Made by a program: the position numbers and the translations under genes. From Bacteroidota bacterium (GTDB lineage Bacteria > Bacteroidota > Bacteroidia > Chitinophagales > LD1): a stretch of 64,000 nucleotides of DNA. A model generated the notes under the pieces. That model worked only from the letters and a program-made list of their open reading frames with translations. It ran no database searches and was not told where the DNA came from. The DNA is taken from positions 10,897 through 74,896 of the forward strand of contig JAFDYQ010000014.1 in the NCBI GenBank assembly GCA_018267365.1, given 5' to 3'. This document shows positions 18,486 through 27,490 of the stretch, piece by piece. Each line of letters begins with the position of its first letter. Positions within the stretch are counted from its first letter, which is position 1.

Positions 18486-19538
18486 ATGAAAAATATCGCT
18501 GCCACTGTGCTATGTGCACTATCTCTCTGCGCCGCTGCGCAGGAGGCCGCTGAGTCAAAGCACCTCAGCCATATCAAACAATTAAGCTACGGCGGTGACA
18601 ATGCAGAAGCCTACTTCAGCTTTGATGACCGCTATCTGAGTGTGCAGGTGACCAATCCTGCCTGGGGCCTGCAGTGCGACCAGATTTTTGATGTAGAGAT
18701 AGCACGTGCAGAAAAGGATACTGCCTACCGTCCCGCTATGGTCAGTACCGGCAAAGGCCGCACTACGTGTTCATTTTTCCTCCCTGATGGCAAGCATATA
18801 CTCTATGCCTCTACGCACCTGGGCGCTGATACCTGCCCGCCCAAGCCGGCCCCACGTGCAGATCACAAGTACCTCTGGCCGATCTATAGTGACTTTGACA
18901 TTTTCGTGGCGGACCGCTGGGGAAAGATCACAAAGCAACTGACAAACACAAAAGGATACGATGCAGAGGCTACCATCTCACCGGATGGCAAGAAGATTGT
19001 TTTCACCTCCATGCGCAGCGGAGACCTGGAGATCTATACCATGAATCTGGATGGCTCAGATGTAAAGCAGATCACCAATGAGCTGGGCTATGATGGCGGG
19101 GCATTCTTCTCTCCGGACAGCAAGAAGCTCGTCTTCCGTGCCTCCCGGCCCAAAACTCCGGAAGAGATCAAAGAATACAAAGACTTTCTCGCGCAGGGTC
19201 TGGTAGCACCTACCAATATGGAGATATATACCTGCAATGCGGATGGATCAGACCTGAAGCAGGTCACGCATCTCGGCAAGGCTAACTGGGCACCATACTT
19301 CACTCCGTCAGGTGATAAGATCATCTTCTCATCCAATCATGCATCGCAGCGCGGCTATGATTTTCACCTCTATACTGTCCGGCTGGATGGCACTGGTCTG
19401 GAGAAGATCACCACAGAGAGCTATTTCAATGCCTTTCCGATGTTCTCTCACGATGGCAAGAAACTGGTCTGGTCCAGCAACAGGAATAATCATGGTACCC
19501 ACGATACCAACCTGTTCATCGCAGATTGGAAGGAGTAA
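18486..19538 (+). CDS. PD40 (TolB-like WD40-like) beta-propeller repeat protein, secreted
   Basis: Signal peptide from the internal ATG. Repeated motifs are SPDGKKIVFTS, FSPDSKKLVF, FTPSGDKIIFSS and FSHDGKKLVWSS. Confidence 0.8.
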   Translation: MKNIAATVLCALSLCAAAQEAAESKHLSHIKQLSYGGDNAEAYFSFDDRYLSVQVTNPAWGLQCDQIFDVEIARAEKDTAYRPAMVSTGKGRTTCSFFLPDGKHILYASTHLGADTCPPKPAPRADHKYLWPIYSDFDIFVADRWGKITKQLTNTKGYDAEATISPDGKKIVFTSMRSGDLEIYTMNLDGSDVKQITNELGYDGGAFFSPDSKKLVFRASRPKTPEEIKEYKDFLAQGLVAPTNMEIYTCNADGSDLKQVTHLGKANWAPYFTPSGDKIIFSSNHASQRGYDFHLYTVRLDGTGLEKITTESYFNAFPMFSHDGKKLVWSSNRNNHGTHDTNLFIADWKE

Positions 19539-19577
19539 AGCGTTTTAGTAGATTTGAGATCCAAAATTTTCTGAAGG

Positions 19578-20825
19578 ATGAAAAGAGTATGGAAAGGTAT
19601 AGCGCTCACTGCTGCTGTAGCTATGGCGACTATGGCCTGCGGCCAAAAGGCAGAGATCAGTAATATCAAGAAGCATATCGTCTATCTGGCCTCTGATGAG
19701 CTGGGTGGCCGTATGCCGGGAGCGGAAGGAGAGAAGCTGGCACAGAGATACCTCTCGGCGGAGTTTAGGAAATATGGTCTGGCACCCAAGGGTACAGACG
19801 ATAAAAGCTATTATCAGCATTTCACCTTCCACATGTCAAAAAATCCGCATGACACGGCGGAAGCCACTACCGGAGAACTCTACCATGGTACTAACGTCAT
19901 AGGCTATCTGGATAATAAGGCAGCCTATACTATCGTGATAGGCGCTCACTATGACCACCTGGGCGATGGTACCCGCGGCAACTCTCTCGATGCCAACCCC
20001 AAGGGCAAAATACATCACGGGGCAGATGACAATGCATCCGGCACTGCCGGCGTGCTGGAGCTGGCACGTATCTTTACCAGCAATGGTGTGACGGAGAAGT
20101 ATAATATCCTTTTCATCTGCTTCTCTGCCGAGGAAGCGGGACTGATAGGCAGCAAATATTATGTCAATCATCCTACCATCCCGCTCAATAAGACAAGCTG
20201 CATGATCAATATGGATATGATAGGCAGGCTCAATGACTCTACGCGCAAAGTGATAGTCTATGGCACCGGTACGAGCAATGTATGGGAGCCACTACTGGAT
20301 CATACCCGCTCTGATGTGGTGCTGAAGTTTGACTCAGCCGGTGTAGGACCATCTGACCAGACATCTTTTTACCTCAAGAGTATCCCTGTACTTTTTTTCT
20401 TTACGGGCCAGCATAGTGACTATCACAAGCCTACAGATGTAGCAGAGAAAATCAACTACGAAGGCGAGAAGCGAGTGATAGATCTCGTAGCGCAGGTAGT
20501 GGATTCGCTGCAAAATTATCCGAAGCTCGCCTTTCAGATGACCTCTACACATGAGTCCACGTCATCTACCTTCAAGGTCTCTATGGGTATCATGCCCGAC
20601 TATGCATATGATAAACCGGGCCTGAGGGTGGACGGAGTGACGGACAATAGACCGGCGCAGAAGGCGGGTATAAAGGCTGATGATGTGATCATCCAGATGG
20701 GCGAGTATCCGGTGAAAGATATTTACAGCTACATGGATGCGCTCAATAAGTTTGACAAGGGCAAGACGACAATAGTGGTCGTGCAGCGTGGAGCGGAGAA
20801 GAAGGAGTTTACAGTTACCTTCTGA
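19578..20825 (+). CDS. M28 family metallopeptidase with C-terminal PDZ domain
   Basis: M28 metal-binding motifs HYDHLG, GADDNASGTAG and EEAGLIGS. The C-terminal PDZ-like segment is GVTDNRPAQKAGIKADDVIIQMG. Confidence 0.85.
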   Translation: MKRVWKGIALTAAVAMATMACGQKAEISNIKKHIVYLASDELGGRMPGAEGEKLAQRYLSAEFRKYGLAPKGTDDKSYYQHFTFHMSKNPHDTAEATTGELYHGTNVIGYLDNKAAYTIVIGAHYDHLGDGTRGNSLDANPKGKIHHGADDNASGTAGVLELARIFTSNGVTEKYNILFICFSAEEAGLIGSKYYVNHPTIPLNKTSCMINMDMIGRLNDSTRKVIVYGTGTSNVWEPLLDHTRSDVVLKFDSAGVGPSDQTSFYLKSIPVLFFFTGQHSDYHKPTDVAEKINYEGEKRVIDLVAQVVDSLQNYPKLAFQMTSTHESTSSTFKVSMGIMPDYAYDKPGLRVDGVTDNRPAQKAGIKADDVIIQMGEYPVKDIYSYMDALNKFDKGKTTIVVVQRGAEKKEFTVTF

Positions 20826-20852
20826 TCTATATTTTAGTAAAACCATTGAGAC

Positions 20853-21749
20853 ATGAAACGTATTATTACTCTTTTGATCTGCATCGGGTTCATTGGCGGT
20901 GTCCGTGCGCAGTGTATTGTAGACGCAGGGCCAGACAGGATACTTTGCGCACAGATGTCTGGAGGTGTCATAGATACTGTACAGCTGAACGCCACGGTGT
21001 CGGGTGCAGCAGGCCCTGTGACCTGTGAGTGGTTTTTCAGATACGCGGACACAGCAGGGAGTACTATCATAGACTACACTGCAGCAGAGCTGCTGGACTC
21101 TACGGCCTCTCTTCACCCCAGAATAGTCGCGCCTATCTGGGGACTCACATCTTACCATCCTTTGTGGGTCGTGGTGACTGATAGCGCTGGTCATACATGT
21201 CGTGATACACTCAGTGTCAAGTTGTCACAGTTTGTCTACTGTCTCGCGGCCTGCCAGATGTGGAATGTGCCTGCTACTTCGGTGACTCTTTTCGGCTGCA
21301 TAGGAGGTGGGGTAGCACCCCTGAGCTATGCATGGACGCCCAGCCGCTACCTGTCAGACACTACTAGCCCGGGCCCAGTGGCCACTACACCTCTCGATTC
21401 GTTTATGACTTACTACTGTCATGTGACTGACTCGGCCGGATGTTTTGGCGGCACATCCGTATGCAATATTCAGTTGACCGGTCCTGCCTCTATAAATGAG
21501 ACCAACCTGCTACATGCAAAAATATATCCCGACCCTATAGACAGAACCTCCATACTGGAGATAGATAATGCGGGTAACCAGTCATACGCCGTGACTATCT
21601 ACAATGATCTCGGTGCAGTAGTGGTCACTACCAGCCTGCAAGGCCATACTATGGATATAGGGGCTTTAGGTCTCAGTGGCGGTGTGTATGGACTGATGAT
21701 CAGCGATGATCAGCGACGCTCCAGGCATATGAGATTCAGTGCCTTTTAA
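20853..21749 (+). CDS. Secreted protein with T9SS C-terminal sorting domain
   Basis: Signal peptide, Cys-containing Ig-like modules (GGVAPLSYAWTP ... YYCHVTDSAGC), and a C-terminal tail IYPDPIDRTSILEI ... VYGLMI. Confidence 0.75.
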   Translation: MKRIITLLICIGFIGGVRAQCIVDAGPDRILCAQMSGGVIDTVQLNATVSGAAGPVTCEWFFRYADTAGSTIIDYTAAELLDSTASLHPRIVAPIWGLTSYHPLWVVVTDSAGHTCRDTLSVKLSQFVYCLAACQMWNVPATSVTLFGCIGGGVAPLSYAWTPSRYLSDTTSPGPVATTPLDSFMTYYCHVTDSAGCFGGTSVCNIQLTGPASINETNLLHAKIYPDPIDRTSILEIDNAGNQSYAVTIYNDLGAVVVTTSLQGHTMDIGALGLSGGVYGLMISDDQRRSRHMRFSAF

Positions 21750-21771
21750 AAGGAGGGCGATATGCTTTAGC

Positions 21772-22014
21772 TTACTTCATCTGACCGTAGGACTTGCTCC
21801 TGGTGCGGCTTTCTTTGAGCTCATCTATGGCGGCATTGCCCACCGTGCTGATGGCGATGCCCGCAGCTATAGCGCCTGTGTTTTTCTTACTGCGTTTCGG
21901 GCTGCGCTCAGGGGCGCCCATGAAGCCTTCCTTCGCACGATGGCGGCGATAGGTAGCGGCATCAGCATCCATACAGAGCAGGATCAGGGCGAGGAGTGGG
22001 AGTACGTATTTCAT
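21772..22014 (-). CDS. Small secreted basic hypothetical protein (80 aa)
   Basis: Signal peptide MKYVLPLLALILLCMDADA. Preferred over the overlapping + strand ORF, which has no recognisable features. Confidence 0.4.
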   Translation of the reverse strand: MKYVLPLLALILLCMDADAATYRRHRAKEGFMGAPERSPKRSKKNTGAIAAGIAISTVGNAAIDELKESRTRSKSYGQMK

Positions 22015-22056
22015 ATTCGGTATTTGGATATAGTGCTAAGATAGAAATTTTTCAAT

Positions 22057-22608
22057 TTATTTCTGGCGTGGCATCCAGTTCACCTCCTCTGCGCCGAGGT
22101 CATGCGCCATTTTGCGCGATAGCGCAAAGAGATAGTCGGAGAGCCTGTTGAGGTATTTGATCACCAGTGGGTGCACGTCTGCCTCTGCGTGCAGCGCTAC
22201 ACTCAGGCGCTCGGCCCTGCGGCACACCGTGCGTGCTATGTGGCAGTACGATACATGTACATGCCCTCCGGGCAAAATGAAATTGCGCAGTGGCTCCAGC
22301 ACTTTGTCATAGTCATCTATGGCCTGCTCCAGCGCGGTCACATCCTCCTCATGCAGGTCGGGCGTTTTGAGCTTGTGATTGTCCGGGTCGGCAGCCAGAG
22401 AGGCACCGATGGTAAAGATGCGGTCCTGTATCTCTTTAAGCAGTGCGCGCTCGGTCTCATTGGTATTGACATCGCGCAGGAGGCCTATCCATGAGTTGAG
22501 CTCGTCAGTAGTGCCGTAGGTCTCTATGCGCAGGTCAGACTTGCTCACGCGCCTGCCGCCAAAGAGCGAGGTCTGGCCCACGTCACCGGTCTTGGTATAT
22601 ATCTTCAT
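22057..22608 (-). CDS. PduO-type ATP:cob(I)alamin adenosyltransferase
   Basis: N-terminus MKIYTKTGDVGQTSLFGGRRVSKSDLRIETYGTTDELNSWIG is the hallmark of the PduO-type family. 183 aa. Confidence 0.9.
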   Translation of the reverse strand: MKIYTKTGDVGQTSLFGGRRVSKSDLRIETYGTTDELNSWIGLLRDVNTNETERALLKEIQDRIFTIGASLAADPDNHKLKTPDLHEEDVTALEQAIDDYDKVLEPLRNFILPGGHVHVSYCHIARTVCRRAERLSVALHAEADVHPLVIKYLNRLSDYLFALSRKMAHDLGAEEVNWMPRQK

Positions 22609-22773
22609 CAGTGCTGGTTTCTATCTCTGTGCAATATACGCGATAGCAGGTATTATTTCCCCATGAGAAAGCAGGGGAGAGGATAAAAGCGGTGCGTATT
22701 GTGGAGAAAAGAAAGCTGCCGGCGGTGGCATGATTGTTTCGCTGATCCCTGTCAAAATCTAAAACCAAAAACA

Positions 22774-23280
22774 ATGGGCGATCACAAAAACCTCACAGGC
22801 GCAGAAGCCGTGAAAGAAATACAGAAGCTGGCAGGCGAGATCAAGACCTGCATGTTTTGCACCTACGAAAACGGGAAACTCAAAGCGCGGCCTATGTCTT
22901 CGCAGCAGGTAGACGAACAGGGCGTGATCTGGTTTCTCTCTGACAAGAACAGCGAGAAGAACAAGGAGGTGCTGGCAGATAGCACCGTAGACCTGCTCTA
23001 CGGCCAGGGCAATGACAAATTCCTCTCACTGCGCGGCAATGCAGCCCTGTCATTTGATAAAGCCAAGATCAAAGAACTCTGGAACCCTATCGCCAAGATA
23101 TGGTTCAAAGAAGGCGTGGATGATCCGAATGTAAGTATCATCAAGGTCACCATCAGCGAGGGCTACTACTGGGATACCAAGCACGGCAAAGTAGCAGAGA
23201 TAGCAGCAATGGCTACAGCGCTCATCACTGGCAAGACAATGGATGATGGCATAGAGGGTACGCTGACGCTGGGTCGGTAA
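22774..23280 (+). CDS. Pyridoxamine 5'-phosphate oxidase-like / general stress protein 26 family protein
   Basis: Internal ATG. The pattern CMFCTY ... ARPMS ... IWFLSDKNSEKNKE ... DPNVSIIKV matches the split-barrel GSP26 pattern. Confidence 0.75.
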   Translation: MGDHKNLTGAEAVKEIQKLAGEIKTCMFCTYENGKLKARPMSSQQVDEQGVIWFLSDKNSEKNKEVLADSTVDLLYGQGNDKFLSLRGNAALSFDKAKIKELWNPIAKIWFKEGVDDPNVSIIKVTISEGYYWDTKHGKVAEIAAMATALITGKTMDDGIEGTLTLGR

Positions 23281-23296
23281 TTTTTGAAAAACAATA

Positions 23297-23341
23297 AACG
23301 GACACCGGACTTTTCTGTTAGTGAAAAGTCCGGTGTCCGTT
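23297..23341. terminator. Bidirectional rho-independent terminator hairpin
   Basis: 18 bp perfect stem AACGGACACCGGACTTTT / AAAAGTCCGGTGTCCGTT between convergent genes. Confidence 0.8.
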
Positions 23342-23354
23342 ATCGTAGAGTGTG

Positions 23355-24077
23355 TCAAGCTAAAAATCCTCTCACCGGCTCATTCGCCCGGTCATACTCT
23401 ATGAGGCCGTCACGCAGGCCCATGATGCGGCGTGCGTGCTTGGCTATGTCCTCCTCGTGAGTGACGAGTATGACCGTATTACCCTTTGAGTGGATGTCTT
23501 GAAAGAGGCCCATGATCTCATAGCTAGTCTTGGTATCGAGGTTACCTGTAGGCTCATCGGCGAGGATGATGGACGGATTATTGACCAGCGCACGCGCTAC
23601 AGCCACACGCTGCCGCTGGCCGCCGGAGAGTTCATTGGGTTTGTGGTCCATGCGCTCTTTGAGGCCTACCTGCTCCATCACGTACTCTGCGCGCTCCTGG
23701 CGTTCTTTGCTACCCATACCAGCATAGATGAGCGGTAGGGCTACATTCTCCAGCGCAGTGAGGCGGGGCAGGAGGTTGAAGGTCTGGAAGACGAAACCGA
23801 TTTCTTTATTGCGCACATAGGCCAGCTGGTCATCGGTCATCTTGGCTACCTCTGTATTGTTGAGGCGGTAGGAGCCGGCACTCGGGCTATCGAGGCAGCC
23901 GAGTATATTCATCAGAGTAGACTTGCCGGAGCCGGACGGGCCCATCAGCGCCACGTATTCGTTCTTGAAAATGGTCAGGCTCACATCATTCAGCGCATTG
24001 ATGATCTGGTCGCCCAGTTTGAAGGTCTTGCGCAGATGTGATATTTGGATGACTTCGTTCATTCGTGGTTTATTCAC
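23355..24077 (-). CDS. ABC transporter ATP-binding protein, MacB/LolD-like
   Basis: Walker [10 protein letters not shown], signature LSGGQRQR, Walker [12 protein letters not shown]. The [10 protein letters not shown] motif is typical of the LolD/MacB ATPase group. Confidence 0.85.
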   Translation of the reverse strand: MNKPRMNEVIQISHLRKTFKLGDQIINALNDVSLTIFKNEYVALMGPSGSGKSTLMNILGCLDSPSAGSYRLNNTEVAKMTDDQLAYVRNKEIGFVFQTFNLLPRLTALENVALPLIYAGMGSKERQERAEYVMEQVGLKERMDHKPNELSGGQRQRVAVARALVNNPSIILADEPTGNLDTKTSYEIMGLFQDIHSKGNTVILVTHEEDIAKHARRIMGLRDGLIEYDRANEPVRGFLA

Positions 24078-24102
24078 TGCGGAGTTTTTTATTTACCACA
24101 GA

Positions 24103-24125
24103 CCTGCCCTGCCGGTAGGCGGGGG
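24103..24125. repeat. Short hairpin element, reverse copy of the CC(Y)GCCTACCG(K)CAGG motif
   Basis: The reverse complement CCCCCGCCTACCGGCAGGGCAGG resembles CCCTGCCTACCGTCAGGCAGGCC at 48443..48465. Confidence 0.4.
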
Positions 24126-24266
24126 TGCGGAGACGCAGGGGAAATACATTTTACAAGAGATTTATAAAAAAGACGCTGAAGTGTATACAATATTGTTTCT
24201 CTGCATCTCCGCGTCTCTGCGGTAAAAACTTGTATTATCTCTCATCGCACGTCTCTTATCTCAAGT

Positions 24267-24557
24267 CTATTTCTTTATCACCTTCGGCACCTTAAAGAAA
24301 TCTGAGTCATGCTGCGGAGCATTGAGCAGCGCCTCCTCACGGGTCACCTGGCCTTTGACCTCATCGGCGCGCAGCACATTGACCTCGTCAGACATATAGA
24401 TCAGTGGCTCCACGCCATCTACATTCAGATCGTTCAGCTTGTCCATCATGTCAAATATCTTCTGCAGGTCGCCTTTGATCTGCTCCTTGGCCGAGTCGTC
24501 AAACTCAAGGCGGGAGAGCTCAGCGAGGCGGTCTACGAGGGCATTGTCTATCTTCAT
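24267..24557 (-). CDS. gatC: Asp-tRNA(Asn)/Glu-tRNA(Gln) amidotransferase subunit C
   Basis: 96 aa. VDRLAELSRLEFDDSAKEQIKGDLQKIFDMMDKLNDLNVDGVEP matches the GatC pattern. Confidence 0.9.
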   Translation of the reverse strand: MKIDNALVDRLAELSRLEFDDSAKEQIKGDLQKIFDMMDKLNDLNVDGVEPLIYMSDEVNVLRADEVKGQVTREEALLNAPQHDSDFFKVPKVIKK

Positions 24558-24674
24558 TTTGTTGCTTCGTTTTAGTACCGTACACGTCTACCATTGTCTA
24601 TGTAGCGAAATGGTATAACTTCGCAAAATTAAAATTAATTGTGTATCAGAAACTTCTAGTCCTCTGAATTTATC

Positions 24675-24746
24675 AACCGCGAAGAGCGCAAAGAACGCTA
24701 AGATTTAATAAAAAATACCTTTGCGTTCTCCGCGTTCTTGGCGGTT
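24675..24746. repeat. Imperfect 24 nt inverted repeat bracketing the trpS promoter box
   Basis: Arms are AACCGCGAAGAGCGCAAAGAACGC (24675..24698) and GCGTTCTCCGCGTTCTTGGCGGTT (24723..24746). They are complementary at 20 of 24 positions, and the 24 nt AT-rich loop ends in TACCTTTG. Confidence 0.6.
24716..24723 (+). promoter_or_regulatory. Candidate -7 promoter box TACCTTTG
   Basis: Exact TAnnTTTG match 80 nt upstream of the trpS ATG. Confidence 0.4.
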
Positions 24747-24803
24747 CAAATTCTATGGGATTGCAAAGTTTCTGAAAGTCATTTAAAACGTCTGTCGCCA
24801 TCT

Positions 24804-25802
24804 ATGCGTGAAATAGCAGTCAGCGGTGTACGCCCTACGGGCAAACAGCACTTGGGAAACTACCTCGGTGCAGTGGTCAACTTTGTACGTATGCAGGAGG
24901 AGTACGATGGCTATTTCTTTATAGCAGATCTGCACAGCCTCACCACGCACCCCCGTGCGGCAGACCTACAGGCCAATGTGCGCCAGACGCTCATAGAGTA
25001 TCTGGCCTGCGGCCTCGACCCGGCCAAGTGTACCCTCTTTGTGCAGAGCCATGTGCCGCAGATATCAGAGCTATACCTCATTTTTAATATGTTCGCCTAC
25101 GACGGCGAGCTGCACAAAGTGCCCACCTTCAAAGATAAGGTGCGCTCCCAGCCGGATAATGTGAATGCCGGGCTGCTGACCTACCCCGTGCTGATGGCGG
25201 TAGATATCCTGATCCATCACGCCACCAAGGTACCTGTAGGCAAGGACCAGATGCAGCACATAGAGATGACCCGAAACTTTGGCAATCGCTTCAACCATAC
25301 CTATGGCGTGGAGTATTTCAAGGAGCCTACGGGGTTCAACTATGGCGATGCACCGCTCTCTGTGCCTAGCCTGGATGGCGAGGGCAAGATGAGCAAATCT
25401 AAGGGCGAAAATACCGTGATCTACCTGATGGATGAGCCGGATGTGATCCGCAAGAAGGTCATGAAAGCGCCATCAGACAGCGGTCCTACGGAGCCGGGCC
25501 AGGCTAAGACGGAGGCAGTACAGAATCTGTTTGACCTGATGAAGCTGGCGTCAAAGCCGGAGGTGATAGCTCAGTATGACAAAGCCTATGACGAATGCAC
25601 TATCCGCTACGGCGATATGAAAAAGCAGATAGCCGAAGATATGACGATATTTCTCACGCCTATCCGTGAGCGTATCAGGGAGATAAGCGCCGACCAGTCG
25701 TATCTGACACGCGTGATGGAGGAGGGAGGGGAGAAAGCCCGCGCCAGCGCTCAGAAAACGGTGAGAGACGTCAGAGAAATAATTGGACTGAAAAGCCGCT
25801 GA
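24804..25802 (+). CDS. trpS: Tryptophan--tRNA ligase
   Basis: Class I motifs TGKQHLGNYLG (HIGH-like) and KMSKS. Internal ATG at 24804. 332 aa. Confidence 0.9.
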   Translation: MREIAVSGVRPTGKQHLGNYLGAVVNFVRMQEEYDGYFFIADLHSLTTHPRAADLQANVRQTLIEYLACGLDPAKCTLFVQSHVPQISELYLIFNMFAYDGELHKVPTFKDKVRSQPDNVNAGLLTYPVLMAVDILIHHATKVPVGKDQMQHIEMTRNFGNRFNHTYGVEYFKEPTGFNYGDAPLSVPSLDGEGKMSKSKGENTVIYLMDEPDVIRKKVMKAPSDSGPTEPGQAKTEAVQNLFDLMKLASKPEVIAQYDKAYDECTIRYGDMKKQIAEDMTIFLTPIRERIREISADQSYLTRVMEEGGEKARASAQKTVRDVREIIGLKSR

Positions 25803-25892
25803 GAAAAGTAGAATTGATATATTTAGACCGAAGAAAACCCAATTTAAACCAAGCTACGCCGGTGGCCCCTACCACAGGTGAGAAACTCTGAT

Positions 25893-26738
25893 ATGGCAAA
25901 GACGACTAAGAAACCTGCAAAGGCTGCCAAGCCTGCTGCCAAAGCTCCGGCTAAGAAACCAGTAAAGAAAAGCGCCCCTGTAAAGCAAGCTGCCAAACCT
26001 GCTGCAAAGGCGACTGCTAAACCAGTGGCAAAAGCTAAAGAGCCGGTAAAGAAAGCTGCGGCTCCTGCCAAAGCAGAGCAGCAAAATCAGCACAAGTTGT
26101 CCCCACCCGTACCAAAGGGTCAGATCAAGCACATAGCCGTAGCCGGCAATATCGGTGCAGGTAAGTCCACGCTCACCTCCTTGCTGGCACGTCACTTTGG
26201 CTGGACGCCAAACTACGAGGACGTAGAGAACAATCCGTACCTGAATGATTTCTACGAAGACATGCCGCGCTGGTCATTCAATCTGCAGGTCTTCTTTCTC
26301 AACTCGCGCTTCCGCCAGATCATAGACATACAGAAGGGTGCCGATGTGATCATACAGGACCGTACCATACATGAGGATGCGTGCATCTTTGCGCCAAACC
26401 TGCATACGATGGGCCTGATGAGCACGCGCGACTTTGAGAACTATACTCGTTTGTATGAGACCATCTCATCACTGATCCGCCCACCTGACCTGCTGGTATA
26501 TCTCAAGGCCTCCGTACCTACGCTGGTCAATCAGATACAGAAACGTGGCCGCGAGTACGAAGACAACCTACGCCTGGACTATCTGAAAAGACTCAATGAG
26601 TTCTACGAAAAGTGGATAGCCACCTATGATGGCCGCCTGCTGGTGATAGACGTAGACCAGACCAACTTCGCCGAAGACCCTGACGCCCTCGCAGAGGTAG
26701 TGCAGCGTGTGAGTGCTGAGCTGTATGGTTTGTTTTGA
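25893..26738 (+). CDS. Deoxynucleoside kinase with an N-terminal Lys/Ala/Pro-rich (histone H1-like) extension
   Basis: The first ~60 residues are AKKPAKAAKPAAKAPAKKPVKK-type low complexity. A dNK core follows, with P-loop GNIGAGKST and motif IQDRTIHED. Confidence 0.85.
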   Translation: MAKTTKKPAKAAKPAAKAPAKKPVKKSAPVKQAAKPAAKATAKPVAKAKEPVKKAAAPAKAEQQNQHKLSPPVPKGQIKHIAVAGNIGAGKSTLTSLLARHFGWTPNYEDVENNPYLNDFYEDMPRWSFNLQVFFLNSRFRQIIDIQKGADVIIQDRTIHEDACIFAPNLHTMGLMSTRDFENYTRLYETISSLIRPPDLLVYLKASVPTLVNQIQKRGREYEDNLRLDYLKRLNEFYEKWIATYDGRLLVIDVDQTNFAEDPDALAEVVQRVSAELYGLF

Positions 26739-26812
26739 TAGCCGACACCTTCGTCAGATTTGACTACCTTTTTGAAAGTCGTCAAATCTCAAATACTCTT
26801 TTGCGGCCAGAT

Positions 26813-27490
26813 ATGAAAACCTGCATACACTTCCGCGTAATCCTTTTGCTCCATATACTGATCTTTGCCTGTCAGGGTCATAGTTATGCCTTTGTAAATT
26901 CAGTCCCAGAGGATACGGTCTACGTGCATGATACCGTATACATAGCCAATAACTATGACTGGCGTGGGATATTTGGCTTCAGGCATCATAATGATGAACT
27001 TGATAGTATAGAAGGCCATCCTGTGACGTATTATACTTCAGATACGTTGTGTTCGGCTTTTGCCGTAGGCTTTATCTATGGAGATTGGCGACCATCGTGT
27101 GACCGTATGACGGATGAACTGCTCGCGCTGTCTGTGCGCCCCGCACCTAAGTTTCATCCTTTTTATGTTTGGTGTCTCTTTATGACATTACGTCTGTCTG
27201 ATGCCTGCCTGGCTGAGAGTGTAGGCCAGCCAGCACGCCGCTATGCGGAGACCTATCCCCGTGAGTTTTTTACAAATATAGAGCGGAGTGAGAATGCGGA
27301 TATGTACGGCGTTTTCAAGGACTGTATACGCTACAGTGGTGACTACGTAGGAGAAGGATCTGCAAAGGTGATGAGCGCCCACATAGAAGCCAGTATGCTC
27401 AGCCACTGTTCTGGCTGTGATAGCGCATTGCGCAAGCGTATACATCAGTTTGCAACAGACTGTAGTTCTATCATGTTGGAGAATAAATAA
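26813..27490 (+). CDS. Hypothetical Cys-rich secreted protein (225 aa)
   Basis: Signal-peptide-like N-terminus MKTCIHFRVILLLHILIFACQGHSYA. No family recognised. Visibly more AT-rich than its neighbours. Confidence 0.5.
   Translation: MKTCIHFRVILLLHILIFACQGHSYAFVNSVPEDTVYVHDTVYIANNYDWRGIFGFRHHNDELDSIEGHPVTYYTSDTLCSAFAVGFIYGDWRPSCDRMTDELLALSVRPAPKFHPFYVWCLFMTLRLSDACLAESVGQPARRYAETYPREFFTNIERSENADMYGVFKDCIRYSGDYVGEGSAKVMSAHIEASMLSHCSGCDSALRKRIHQFATDCSSIMLENK

Noticed and set aside
24742-24753. tRNA T-loop-like GGTTCAAATTC
   Set aside because: The flanking bases cannot form a T-stem (GGCGG against TCTAT), and no acceptor or anticodon arms can be drawn. It is part of the inverted-repeat arm.
25844-26195. 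Two Ala/Gly/Phe/Leu-rich ORFs on the - strand (75 and 108 aa)
   Set aside because: They are antisense to the Lys/Ala/Pro-rich tail of the deoxynucleoside kinase and are a low-complexity artefact.
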